Source of the DNA: Nemertoderma westbladi
Lineage: Eukaryota > Animalia > Xenacoelomorpha
Direction: 5' to 3'
Assembly (NCBI GenBank): GCA_032718475.1
Contig: JAUCBJ010009140.1
Coordinates: forward strand, 52,488-116,487
Length of the DNA stretch: 64,000 bases
The notes under the pieces are model-generated. The model was not told where the DNA came from. It was given only the letters and a program-made list of their open reading frames with translations, and did no database searches. Below are positions 1 to 13,500 of this stretch, piece after piece; position 1 is the first letter of the stretch; each line of letters begins with the position of its first letter. The translations under genes were made by a program, and so were the position numbers.

Positions 1-3000
1 ATCCAACCAATCTTATATCCAACCAATCTTATATCCAACCAATCTTATATCCAACCAATCTTATATCCAACCAATCTTATATCCAACCAATCTTATATCC
101 AACCAATCTTATATCCAACCAATCTTATATCCAACCAATCTTACTGTATCCAACCAATCTTATATCCAACCAATCTTATATCCAACCAATCTTATATCCA
201 ACCAATCTTACTGTATCCAACCAATCTTATATCCAACCAATCTTATATCCAACCAATCTTATATCCAACCAATCTTATATCCAACCAATCTTACTGTATC
301 CAACCAATCTTATATCCAACCAATCTTATATCCAACCAATCTTATATCCAACCAATCTTACTGTATCCAACCAATCTTATATCCAACCAATCTTACTGTA
401 TCCAACCAATCTTATATCCAACCAATCTTATATCCAACCAATCTTATATCCAACCAATCTTATATCCAACCAATCTTACTGTATCCAACCAATCTTATAT
501 CCAACCAATCTTATATCCAACCAATCTTATATCCAACCAATCTTCTTACTTCATCCAACCAATCTTACTGTATCCAACCAATCTTACTGTATCCAACCAA
601 TCTTACTGTATCCAACTAATCTTATATCCAACCAATCATATATCCAACCAATCTTATATCCAACCAATCTTACTGTATCCAACCAATCTTACTTCATCCA
701 ACCAATCTTATATCCAACCAATCTTATATCCAACCAATCTTACTGTATCCAACCAATCTTTACTGTATCCAACCAATCTTACTGTATCCAACCAATCTTA
801 TATCCAACCAATCTTATATCCAACCAATCTTATATCCAACCAATCTTACTGTATCCAACCAATCTTATATCCAACCAATCTTATATCCAACCAATCTTAT
901 ATCCAACCAATCTTATATCCAACCAATCTTACTGTATCCAACCAATCTTATATCCAACCAATCTTATATCCAACCAATCTTATATCCAACCAATCTTATA
1001 TCCAACCAATCTTACTGTATCCAACCAATCTTATATCCAACCAATCTTATATCCAACCAATCTTACTGTATCCAACCAATCTTATATCCAACCAATCTTA
1101 TATCCAACCAATCTTATATCCAACCAATCTTCTTACTTCATCCAACCAATCTTACTGTATCCAACCAATCTTACTGTATCCAACTAATCTTATATCCAAC
1201 CAATCATATCCAACCAATCTTATATCCAACCAATCTTACTGTATCCAACCAATCTTACTGTATCCAACCAATCTTACTGTATCCAACCAATCTTACTGTA
1301 TCCAACCAATCTTACTGTATCCAACCAATCTTATATCCAACCAATCTTATATCCAACCAATCTTATATCCAACCAATCTTACTGTATCCAACCAATCTTA
1401 CTTCATCCAACCAATCTTATATCCAACCAATCTTATATCCAACCAATCTTACTGTATCCAACCAATCTTACTGTATCCAACCAATCTTACTTCATCCAAC
1501 CAATCTTATATCCAACCAATCTTATATCCAACCAATCTTACTGTATCCAACCAATCTTACTTCATCCAACCAATCTTATATCCAACCAATCTTATATCCA
1601 ACCAATCTTATATCCAACCAATCTTACTGTATCCAACCAATCTTACTGTATCCAACCAATCTTTACTGTATCCAACCAATCTTACTGTATCCAACCAATC
1701 TTATATCCAACCAATCTTATATCCAACCAATCTTACTGCATCCAACCAATCTTACTGTATCCAACCAATCTTACTGTATCCAACCAATCTTACTGTATCC
1801 AACCAATCTTACTGTATCCAACCAATCTTATATCCAACCAATCTTACTGTATCCAACCAATCTTATATCCAACCAATCTTATATCCAACCATTATTATAT
1901 CCAACCAATGTTACTGTATCCAACCAATCTTACTGTATCCAACTAATCTTACTGTATCCAACCAATCTTACTGTATCCAACCAATCTTACCGTATCCAAC
2001 CAATCTTATATCCAACCAATCTTATATCCAACCAATCTTATATCCAACCAATCTTACTGTATCCAACTAATCTTTACTGTATCCAACCAATCGTACTGTA
2101 TCCAACAAATCTTATATCCAACCAATCATATATCCAACCAATCATATATCCAACCAATCTTACTGTATCCAACCAATCTTATATCCAACCAATCTTATAT
2201 CCAACCAATATTACTGTATCCAACTAATCTTTACTGTATCCAACCAATCTTACTGTATCCAACAAATCTTATATCCAACCAATCATATATCCAACCAATC
2301 ATATATCCAACCAATCTTACTGTATCCAACCAATCTTATATCCAACCAATCTTATATCCAACCAATCTTACTGTATCCAACCAATCTTATATCCAACCAA
2401 TCTTACTGTATCCAACCAATCATATATCCAACCATTATTATATCCAACCAATCTTACTGTATCCAACCAATCTTACTGTATCCAACCAATCTTACTGTAT
2501 CCAACCAATCTTACCGTATCCAACCAATCTTATATCCAACCAATCTTACTGTATCCAACCAATCTTATATCCAACCAATCTTACTGTATCCAACCAATCA
2601 TATATCCAACCATTATTATATCCAACCAATCTTACTGTATCCAACCAATCTTACTTCATCCAACCAATCTTACTGTATCCAACCAATCTTATATCCAACC
2701 AATCTTATATCCAACCAATCTTACTGTATCCAACCAATCTTATATCCAACCAATCTTACTGTATCCAACCAATCTTACTGTATCCAACCAATCTTACTGT
2801 ATCCAACCAATCTTACTGTATCCAACCAATCTTACTGTATCCAACCAATCATATATCCAACCATTATTATATCCAACCAATCTTACTGTATCCAACCAAT
2901 CTTATATCCAACCAATCTTACTGTATCCAACCAATCATATATCCAACCATTATTATATCCAACCAATCTTACTGTATCCAACCAATCTTACTGTATCCAA

Positions 3001-6000
3001 CCAATCTTACTTCATCCAACCAATCTTACTGTATCCAACCAATCTTACTGTATCCAACCAATCTTACTGTATCCAACCAATCTTACTTCATCTAACCAAT
3101 CTTACTGTATCCAACCAATCTTACTTCATCCAACCAATCTTATATCCAACCAATCTTATATCCAACCAATCTTACTGTATCCAACCAATCTTACTGTATC
3201 CAACCAATCTTATATCCAACCAATCTTACTGTATCCAACCAATCTTATATCCAACCAATCTTACTGTATCCAACCAATCTTATATCCAACCAATCTTACT
3301 GTATCCAACCAATCTTACTGTATCCAACCAATCTTACTGTATCCAACCAATCTTACTGTATACAACCAATCTTACTGTATCCAACCAATCTTACTGTATC
3401 CAACCAATCATATATCCAACCAATCTTACTGTATCCAACCAATCTTACTGTATCCAACCAATCATATATCCAACCAATCTTACTGTATCCAACCAATCTT
3501 ATATCCAACCAATCTTACTGTATCCAACCAATCATATATCCAACCATTATTATATCCAACCAATCTTACTGTATCCAACCAATCTTACTGTATCCAACCA
3601 ATCTTACTTCATCCAATCAATCTTACTGTATCCAACCAATCTTACTGTATCCAACCAATCTTACTGTATCCAACCAATCTTACTGTATCCAACCAATCTT
3701 ACTTCATCCAACCAATCTTACTGTATCCAACCAATCTTACTTCATCCAACCAATCTTATATCCAACCAATCTTATATCCAACCAATCTTACTGTATCCAA
3801 CCAATCTTATATCCAACCAATCTTATATCCAACCAATCTTATATCCAACCAATCTTACTGTATCCAACCAATCTTATATCCAACCAATCTTATATCCAAC
3901 CAATCATATATCCAACCAATCTTATATCCAACCAATCTTACTGTATCCAACCAATCTTACTTCATCCAACCAATCTTATATCCAACCAATCTTATATCCA
4001 ACCAATCTTATATCCAACCAATCTTATATCCAACCAATCTTACTGTATCCAACCAATCTTACTTCATCCAACCAATCTTATATCCAACCAATCTTATATC
4101 CAACCAATCTTACTGTATCCAACCAATCTTACTGTTTCCAACCAATCTTACTGTATCCAACCAATCTTACTGTATCCAACCAATCTTATATCCAACCAAT
4201 CTTACTGTATCCAACCAATCATATATCCAACCATTATTATATCCAACCAATCTTACTGTATCCAACCAATCTTACTGTATCCAACCAATCTTACTGTATC
4301 CAACCAATCTTACTGTATCCAACCAATCTTACTGTATCCAACCAATCTTATATCCAACCAATCTTACTGTATCCAACCAATCTTACTGTATCCAACCAAT
4401 CTTACCGTATCCAACCAATCTTATATCCAACCAATCTTACTGTATCCAACCAATCTTATATCCAACCAATCTTACTGTATCCAACTAATCTTACTTCATC
4501 CAACCAATCTTACCGTATCCAACCAATCTTATATCCAACCAATCTTATATCCAACCAATCTTATATCCAACCAATCTTATATCCAACCAATCTTACTGTA
4601 TCCAACCAATCTTACTGTATCCAACCAATCTTACCGTATCCAACCAATCTTATATCCAACCAATCTTATATCCAACCAATCTTACTGTATCCAACCAATC
4701 TTTACTGTATCCAACCAATCTTACTGTATCCAACCAATCTTATATCCAACCAATCTTATATCCAACCAATCATATATCCAACCATTATTATATCCAGCCA
4801 ATCTTACTGTATCCAACCAATCTTACTGTATCCAACCAATCTTACTGTATCCAACCAATCTTATATCCAACCAATCTTACTGTATCCAACCAATCTTACT
4901 GTATCCAACCAATCTTACTGTATCCAACCAATCTTTACTGTATCCATCCAATCTTACTGTATCCAACCAATCTTTACTGTATCCAACCAATCTTACTGCA
5001 TCCAACCAATCTTATATCCAACCAATCTTATATCCAACCAATCTTATATCCAACCAATCTTATACCCAACCAATCTTATATCCAACCAATCTTACTGTAT
5101 CCAACCAATCTTACTGTATCCAACCAATCTTATATCCAACCAATCTTACTGTATCCAACCAATCTTATATCCAACCAATCTTACTGTATCCAACCAATCT
5201 TACTGTATCCAACCAATCTTACTGTATCCAACCAATCTTACTGTATCCAACCAATCTTATATCCAACCAATCTTATATCCAACCAATCTTATATCCAACC
5301 AATCTTATATCCAACCAATCATATATCCAACCATTATTATATCCAACCAATCTTATATCCAACCAATCATATATCCAACCAATCTTATATCCAACCAATC
5401 TTACTGTATCCAACCAATCTTATATCCAACCAATCTTATATCCAACCAATCATATATCCAACCAATCTTATATCCAACCAATCTTACTGTATCCAACCAA
5501 TCTTACTGTATCCAACCAATCTTACTGTATCCAACCAATCTTACTGTATCCAACCAATCTTATATCCAACCAATCTTATATCCAACCAATCTTATATCCA
5601 ACCAATCTTACTGTATCCAACAAATCTTACTGTATCCAACCAATCTTATATCCAACCAATCATATATCCAACCAATCATATATCCAACCATTATTATATC
5701 CAACCAATCATATATCCAACCATTATTATATCCAACCAATCTTATATCCAACCAATCTTACTGTATCCAACCAATCTTACTGTATCCAACCAATCTTACT
5801 GTATCCAACCAATCTTATATCCAACCAATCATATATCCAACCATTATTATATCCAACCAATCTTACTGTATCCAACCAATCTTACTGTATCCAACCAATC
5901 TTACTGTATCCAACCAATCTTATATCCAACCAATCTTACTGTATCCAACCAATCTTACTGTATCCAACCAATCTTACTGTATCCAACCAATCTTATATCC

Positions 6001-6848
6001 AACCAATCTTATATCCAACCAATCTTATATCCAACCAATCATATATCCAACCAATCATATATCCAACCATTATTATATCCAACCAATCTTACTGTATCCA
6101 ACCAATCTTACTGTATCCAACCAATCTTATATCCAACCAATCTTATATCCAACCAATCTTACTGTATCCAACCAATCTTACTGTATCCAACCAATCTTAC
6201 TGTATCCAACCAATCTTACTGTATCCAACCAATCTTACTGTATCCAACCAATCTTACTGTATCCAACCAATCTTACTGTATCCAACCAATCTTACTGTAT
6301 CCAACCAATCTTACTGTATCCAACCAATCTTACTGTATCCAACCAATCTTATATCAAACCAATCTTACTGTATCCAACCAATCTTACTGTATCCAACCAA
6401 TCTTACTGTATCCAACCAATCTTACTGTATCCAACCAATCTTACCGTATCCAACCAATCTTATATCCAACCAATCTTACTGTATCCAACCAATCTTTACT
6501 GTATCCAACCAATCTTACTGTATCCAACCAATCTTATATCCATCCAATCTTACTGTATCCAACCAATCTTTACTGTATCCAACCAATCTTATATCCAACC
6601 AATCTTATACCCGACCAATCTTATATCCAACCAATCTTATACCCAACCAATCTTATATCCAACCAATCTTACTGTATCCAACCAATCTTACTGTATCCAA
6701 CCAATCTTATATCCAACCAATCTTATATCCAACCAATCTTACTGTATCCAACCAATCTTACTGTATCCAACCAATCTTACTATATCCAACCAATCTTACT
6801 GTATCCTACCAATCTTACTATATCCAACCAATCTTACTGTATCTTACT
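1..6848. repeat. 16/19-bp minisatellite (ATCCAACCAATCTTAT / ATCCAACCAATCTTACTGT), roughly 390 units, runs off the window start
   Basis: Direct inspection: interspersed 16-bp and 19-bp units with minor variants (CATAT, ATTATTAT, CTTC). Ends immediately next to the TAA at 6849-6851 of the minus-strand ORF. Confidence 0.97.
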
Positions 6849-7531
6849 TTACTGCATCTCGCCAATCCCAATATATCGAACTGCATCCCACCAATATCTC
6901 GCCTGGTCAGTCGAAATAAATTTAAATTTGCTATCAGATTGACAAATTCTCCTGAGGTTATCTGCTGCTGCAAAAAGCTCAACTCTAACCATCTCTCTGT
7001 CAGTATTGAACAAATTGGTTTGGTTAGGGTTTGTACATAGTTCAGCCGATAGTTCTGCAGAGATCTCGGTAGGTAGTTCGGCCGATATTTCGGTAGGTAG
7101 TTCGATCTCATCTGATGTAGTGTTAACCTCGATCTCATGGCTGAAAGGTTCAAGACAATTGTTCCACGGTACTAGAAGATCTTCTGTTGCATTGCCGGGG
7201 GAACCAACTTCGTCATCACCATCCAATTCCTCTGAGCTTTCAAATAAACATTCATTGACATTATGGTTACCGCTACCGGTATCGACACTGGTAGTTTTGT
7301 GTTGTTGCACTGGAGTTCCTAGTTCCAAACATGTCCCTAGTTCCAAACATGTTCCAAGTTCCAAACAATTACCACGATCGGCGCAGGTTTCCAGTTCCAA
7401 GCAGTTATATTGTTTCGATTGTTTCAGCTTTGATCGTTTCGATAAACACGAACGGCTTTTGCTCTTGACATGTTTATTTGTTTTATTTAATAAAAAATCT
7501 CTTCGCTTCAATTTTCTTCTAGTCTTTATAT
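6849..7531 (-). CDS. Exon 9 (post-HTH linker B3 plus acidic low-complexity C-terminal region)
   Basis: Acceptor TTATTTTCAG|AT; reads DIKTRRKLKRRDFLLNK, homologous to DLKKRVKLEGTNYIFNK and DLKARMKLKGTDFIFNQ. Contains CLELGT and ELPTEISA repeats. 3' end is either the TAA at 6851-6849 or a donor (CA|GTAAAG at 6852). Confidence 0.7.
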
Positions 7532-10500
7532 CTGAAAATAAGTTAATATTGTATTAATAAATAAAAACTAGTTAAACTAGTTAGCGGTGCTTGCGCACTG
7601 CGGAAGAAGCTCTCTAGCTTCAGACGACTGTTCAACTGTCCACCTCTTCGTTCAAGTTACACTCAAAATAATGTATATACATCAATGTATATATATCACA
7701 TCTAAATGACCTTTATTATGTTCTTTAAGAGTTAAAGAACAGAAGGCGGCGCATAATTATTGACCTTTCAATAAGTTTACTATATTATTATTAGAAGTTC
7801 GTTAGGACTTCTTACTGTTAAAGTATTCACTATCTATCTATGTGTATGTATGTATGTATGTATCTGTGTATGTATGTATGTATGTATGTATGTATGTATG
7901 TATGTGTATCGGGTGAACTGTTCCGAAGCTATAGTTTCTCCGTCAATGAAAGTTATATCAATCGACCCAACTCAACCCCAGGATGTGGAAAAATGTTTCG
8001 GAAAAAATTATTAAAGCGTCTTTTTTTTATTTCGAAAAATAGCTCCAAAACACGAAATTTGCCATAGACTCAATGATAGAAACACCAGCTGCTGGTGATC
8101 ATGAAGGCCTAGTAAATTACTAACTATTGATTGAATGGATAGGCCCAAACTGCACAGAAGTATATTACTTGCCAAGTTTATTACTCTCTCACTCTATCCC
8201 AGACAAGTAATCAAATATTAACTGGTTGTTTGTAAGGTATTATCCCGCCAGCTGAATAGCCCTTCCCTGTGTGCCAACTAATAGTGTATTATTATTGTAG
8301 TATACTAGGCCTACACAAGTTTGTAATGTATTATCCCGCCAGCTGAATAGCTCTTCCCAGTGTGCCAACTAATAAAGGCCTACACAAGTTTGTAATGTAT
8401 TATCCCGCCAGCTGCATAGCTCTTCCCAGTGTACCAACTAATAGTATATATATTATTATAGCATACTAGGCCTACACAAGTTTGTAATGTATTATCCCGC
8501 CAGCTGAATAGCTCTAGTAGGTCTATATACATGATATTGTAGCTCTAGCCAATCAGAGAGCTAAATTCCACAACACGTTTTTTTTCTTCATCATGTCCAA
8601 AAATCAGCGGAAGAATGGAGACAGGAAAGAAGCTAAGAGTTTCTTAATTAAAAAATATATCAGTTGTCTGACATGGATGAACAATAGTGAATAATAAACT
8701 GAACACTATACCTGGATGGTCTGTTGGGAAATAAACTATACCTGGATGGTCTGTTGGGAAATAAACTATAGCTGGATGGTCTGTTGGGAAATAAACTATA
8801 CCTGGATGGTCTGTTGGGAAATAAACTATACCTGGATGGTTTGTTGGGAAATAAACTATACCTGGATGGTTTGTTGGGTAATAAACTATACCTGGATGGT
8901 CTGTTGGGAAATAAACTATACCTGGATGGTTTGTTGGTAAATAAACTATACCTGGATGGTCTGTTGGGAAATAAACTATACCTGGATGGTTTGTTGGGAA
9001 ATAAACTATACCTGGATGGTCTGTTGGGAAATAAACTATACCTGGATGGTCTGTTGGGAAATAAACTATACCTGGATGGTTTGTTGGGAAATAAACTATA
9101 CCTGGATGGTCTGTTTTCTTAACGAATTTTCTCATCGTCTCATAAGGAACACCATTTTTGGAACACGAGTGCTTCAAACTGGATCCCTTTAGGTAGTCGC
9201 TGAAAGTGGCTTCTACTTGTTTAGGAGTGTATTTGCGAGAAGAGAAATTCAAACGACCTAAATTGAAAATGGTTTAATAACAATTTATCAAAACAATTCA
9301 AATTGATAAAATTATATAGACTTTAAAGAGCGTGGATTCTAGTGGGTAGTAGAAGGAAGCAGATCTCGGCTACCGGTATTACGTACAGGTACTGCGTCAA
9401 TACAACTACCAATACGCTTGTGCAGGCAGAATAATGGCTACGCTCACAAGTAATTAAAAGCCAGATCATATCAAATCAAGAAGAAAAACATAAACGGGAA
9501 TAAACATTATTTAGTAACATAAACCGCCCCCAAATTGGAAATCTTAAACTGAAACACTAGGCTCTTATTCAAGTATAGATAAGGAATTTAACGGAATATA
9601 TAAAAGTAGAAGTAGACGTAGTAAAAGTAGAATATAACAGAAGACAGAGAAGAAAGAAGAACCAACCTGTTGAAATGTAAAAAGACACTAAAGATTGCTA
9701 CAATGAACGCATGCACGCTGAAAGCACTTACCAAACATAGTGACATGGTCGCTCTGGCAATGGAATATAACATCGACATCATCTGCATCCAAGAACATCG
9801 GATTTGTCATGAAGACACTGCCATGAAGTACAATGACATTGGAAATGGATGAACGCTAGTGACAAGTTCAGCAGTAAGAAACTCGGCCAATGCATCAATT
9901 GGTGGAGTAGGAATTCTGCTAAGCCCATTTGCACTTAAGACCCTAAACAACATCGAATCTATAAATTCCAGGGTTATGATCGCAACATTTGATGGGAATC
10001 CCAAGGCAACAGTTATATGTTGCTACAGTCCAACCAATGCCTCAGAGCCAGAACAAGCAGTCAAGTTTTATGAAGATCTGACTATTCTATTCTATATAGG
10101 ATTAGGCCTCACATAGAGAAACTACTGCGTAAGAGCCAAAACGGATTTCGACCAAGTAGATCAACGATAGCTCAAATACTTGCACTACGGAGACTTATTG
10201 AAGGAATTAAGTCAAAGAATCTCCCCGCAGTCATGACTTTTGTGGACTTCAAGAAGGCATTCGACTCCATCCATAGAGGTAAAATGCTTGAAATCCTAAG
10301 AGCTTATGGAATACCAGAAGTAATTGTTGCTGGCATTGGATTGTTATATTGTGACACAGAAGCGCAGGTACTCTCACCAGATGGTGAAACTGAGTTTTTT
10401 TTCTCAATCCTGGCTGGCGTACTGCAAGGTGACACATTAGCACCATTACTATTTGTAATTGTGCTGGATTACGCAATGAGGACGGCCACAAAGGGTGAAG

Positions 10501-13500
10501 ATCTGGGATTCACACTTCAAGAACTCAGAAGTAGTAGATATCCGGCAACTACAGTCACAGACACCGACCGTACTGCCAGGTGACTGGGATTGCATACCAG
10601 GACCAGGATTGCATATAAATGCTACCAAGACCGAATTCATGACCTTGTTGATGGAAACTTGACAACCATTGATAATAATCAACAAAGGAAGGTCGATGAC
10701 TTCCAGTACCTTGGATCATGGATAGAGAGTAGCTAAAAGGACATAGAAGTTAGGAAAGCAAAGGCTTGGGTAGCTCTATCAAAAATGGATACCATCTGGA
10801 AATCAGATCTCTCCAGGCACCTGAAGACTAAGTTCTTTCGAGCCACAGTGGAAAGTGTATTTTTATACGGGGGTGAAACCCAGACACTGACTAAATCACT
10901 TGAACAACGAATTGATGGTTGCTACACAAGACTACTAAGGGCAGCCCTAAACATCAGCTGGAGACAACACATGACAAACGCCGAGCTTTATGGTACAATA
11001 TCACCTGTATCAACCACCCTCCGTGAACGCAGATTAAGATTCAGTGGGCACTGCTGGCGAAGTAAAGACGAGGTCATACCAGATCTACTTCTCTGGCAAC
11101 CAACTCATGGAAAACGTAGTCGTGGACGACCGGCCATAACATATATAGATCAACTTGAAAGGGATACTGAACTTGGGAGAAACGAAATTGCGACAACTAT
11201 GGAGAATCGGGAAGCCTGGAAGGATCTCATTTCTACTTTCCCAGTTCACTCGACCTAGTAATAGTAGTATATAAAAGTAAGTTCTTGTATATCAAACGGA
11301 TTTTAGAAAATTAAATTTATATTTCGGTAAATTCAAAGTAGTTTTCAGTATTCGGTTTAATGAAGTTTTATAAACGTTTCCGTTTAATGTTCAGAATATT
11401 CTGATCGATTTAAGATATTCCTTTTGAATACCAGATTTTTCATTTTATTCAGAAAGAAAGCAATTCTGTGCTGTACCTATTGTACAAAAAACAACATATT
11501 GGCAACAACCAACAAATAATGTGTTAATTCTATTGAATTTTACACAAGGCTAACTGTATATAAACGGCCGACTAATTTATTGATTACTCCATTTGGTTTT
11601 CAGAAATCCAAAAAAAATTTATATCAAAATGGAAATGGAAATGGAAATTTTAGAATCGAAATGAATTTAAGGAAATTTATTTTGAACGTTTTGTAATCAA
11701 AATAACAAAATTTAAATTCAATTACAACTTTCTGAAATTTAAACGACCGGGGTTTATGAAACTCAATTACAATATTCTGAAATCCAAGGGAAAGATTATA
11801 TAATTCAATTGTAGTTTCTGAAATACATGTGGAAAAGGTGTAGTTACGTCACGAGTTCGGATTGCAAATTATAAAACTTCAAATGCAGCGCGAAGGCCTT
11901 GCAGAAACTCTGCAGTTAAAGTTGCGGATCATATACTAGGTTTCAAGTTTTACCAGCGAGTTTCTCGGAATCCTAGCTTCTGGTAAAGTTGCGGATCATA
12001 TACTGTACTAGGTTTCAAGTCTTACCAGCGAGTTTCTCGGAATCCTAGTTTCTGGGAAAGTTGCGGATCATATACTAGGTTTAAAGTTTTACCAGCGAGT
12101 TTCTGGGAATCCTAGTTTCTGGTAAAGTTGCGGATCATATACTAGGTTTAAAGTTTTACCGGCGAGTTTCTGGGAATCCTAGTTTCTGGTAAAGCTGCGG
12201 ATCATATACTAGGTTTAAAGTTTTACCAGCGAGTTTCTGGGAATCCTAAAGTTGCGGATCATATACTAGGTTTAAGGTTTTACCAGCGAGTTTTTGGGAA
12301 TCCTAGTTTCTGGTAAAGTTGCGGATAATATTTAGGTTTAAGGTTTTACCAGCGAGTTTCTGGGAATCCTAGTTTCTGGTATTGTTGCGGATCATATACT
12401 AGGTTTAAGGTTTTACCAGCGAGTTTCTGGGAATCATAGTTTCTGGTAAAGTTGCGGATCATATACTAGGTTTAAAGTGTTACCAGCGAGTTTCTGGGAA
12501 TCCTAGTTTCTGGTAAAGTTGCGGATCATATACTAGGTTTAAAGTTTTACCAGCGTGTTTCTGGGAATCCTAGTTTCTGGTAAAGTTGCGGATCATATAC
12601 TAGGTTTAAGGTTTTACCAGCGAGTTTCTGGGAATCCTAGTTTCTGGTAAAGTTGCGGATCATATACGAGGTTTAAAGTTTTACCAGCGAGTTTCTGGGA
12701 ATCCTAGTTTCTGGTAAAGTTGCGGATCATATACTAGGTTTAAGGTTTTACCAGCGAGTTTCTGGGAATCCTAGTTTCTGGTAAAGTTGCGGATCATATA
12801 TACGAGGTTTAAAGTTTTACCAGCGTGTTTCTGGGAATCCCAGTTTCTGGTAAAGTTGCGGATCATATACTAGGTTTAAGGTTTTACCAGAGAGTTTCTG
12901 GGAATCCTAGTTTCTGGTAAAGTTGCGGATCATATACTAGGTTTAAGGTTTTACCAGCGAGTTTCTGGGAATCCTAGTTTCTGGTAAAGTTGCGGATCAT
13001 ATACTGGGTTTAAAGTTTTACCAGCGAGTTTCTGGGAATCATAGTTTCTGGTAAAGTTGCGGATCATATACTAGGTTTAAGGTTTTACCAGCGAATTTCT
13101 GGGAATCCTAGTTTCTGGTAAAGTTGCGGATCATATACTAGGTTTAAGGTTTTACCAGCGAGTTTCTGGGAATCCTAGTTTCTGGTAAAGTTGCGGATCA
13201 TATTCGAGGTCTAAAGTTTTACCAGCGAGTTTCTGGGAATCCTAGTTTCTGGTAAAGTTGCGGATCATATACTGGGTTTAAAGTTTTACCAGCGAGTTTC
13301 TGGGAATCCTAGTTTCTGGTAAAGTTGCGGATCATATACTAGGTTTAAGGTTTTACCAGCGAATTTCTGGGAATCCTAGTTTCTGGTAAAGTTGCGGATC
13401 ATATACTAGGTTTAAGGTTTTACCAGCGAGTTTCTGGGAATCCTAGTTTCTGGTAAAGTTGCGGATCATATTCGAGGTTTAAAGTTTTACCAGCGAGTTT

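Noticed and set aside
1-6848. Telomeric repeat
   Set aside because: The strand bias is telomere-like, but the unit is a variable 16/19-mer unlike TTAGGG or TTAGG and resembles the adjacent exon end.
7006-7557. 183-aa plus-strand Ser-rich ORF and other short ORFs antisense to real CDS or TE sequence (e.g. 26224-26625, 20961-21293, 56832-57257)
   Set aside because: They are shadows of coding sequence on the opposite strand, with no independent signals.
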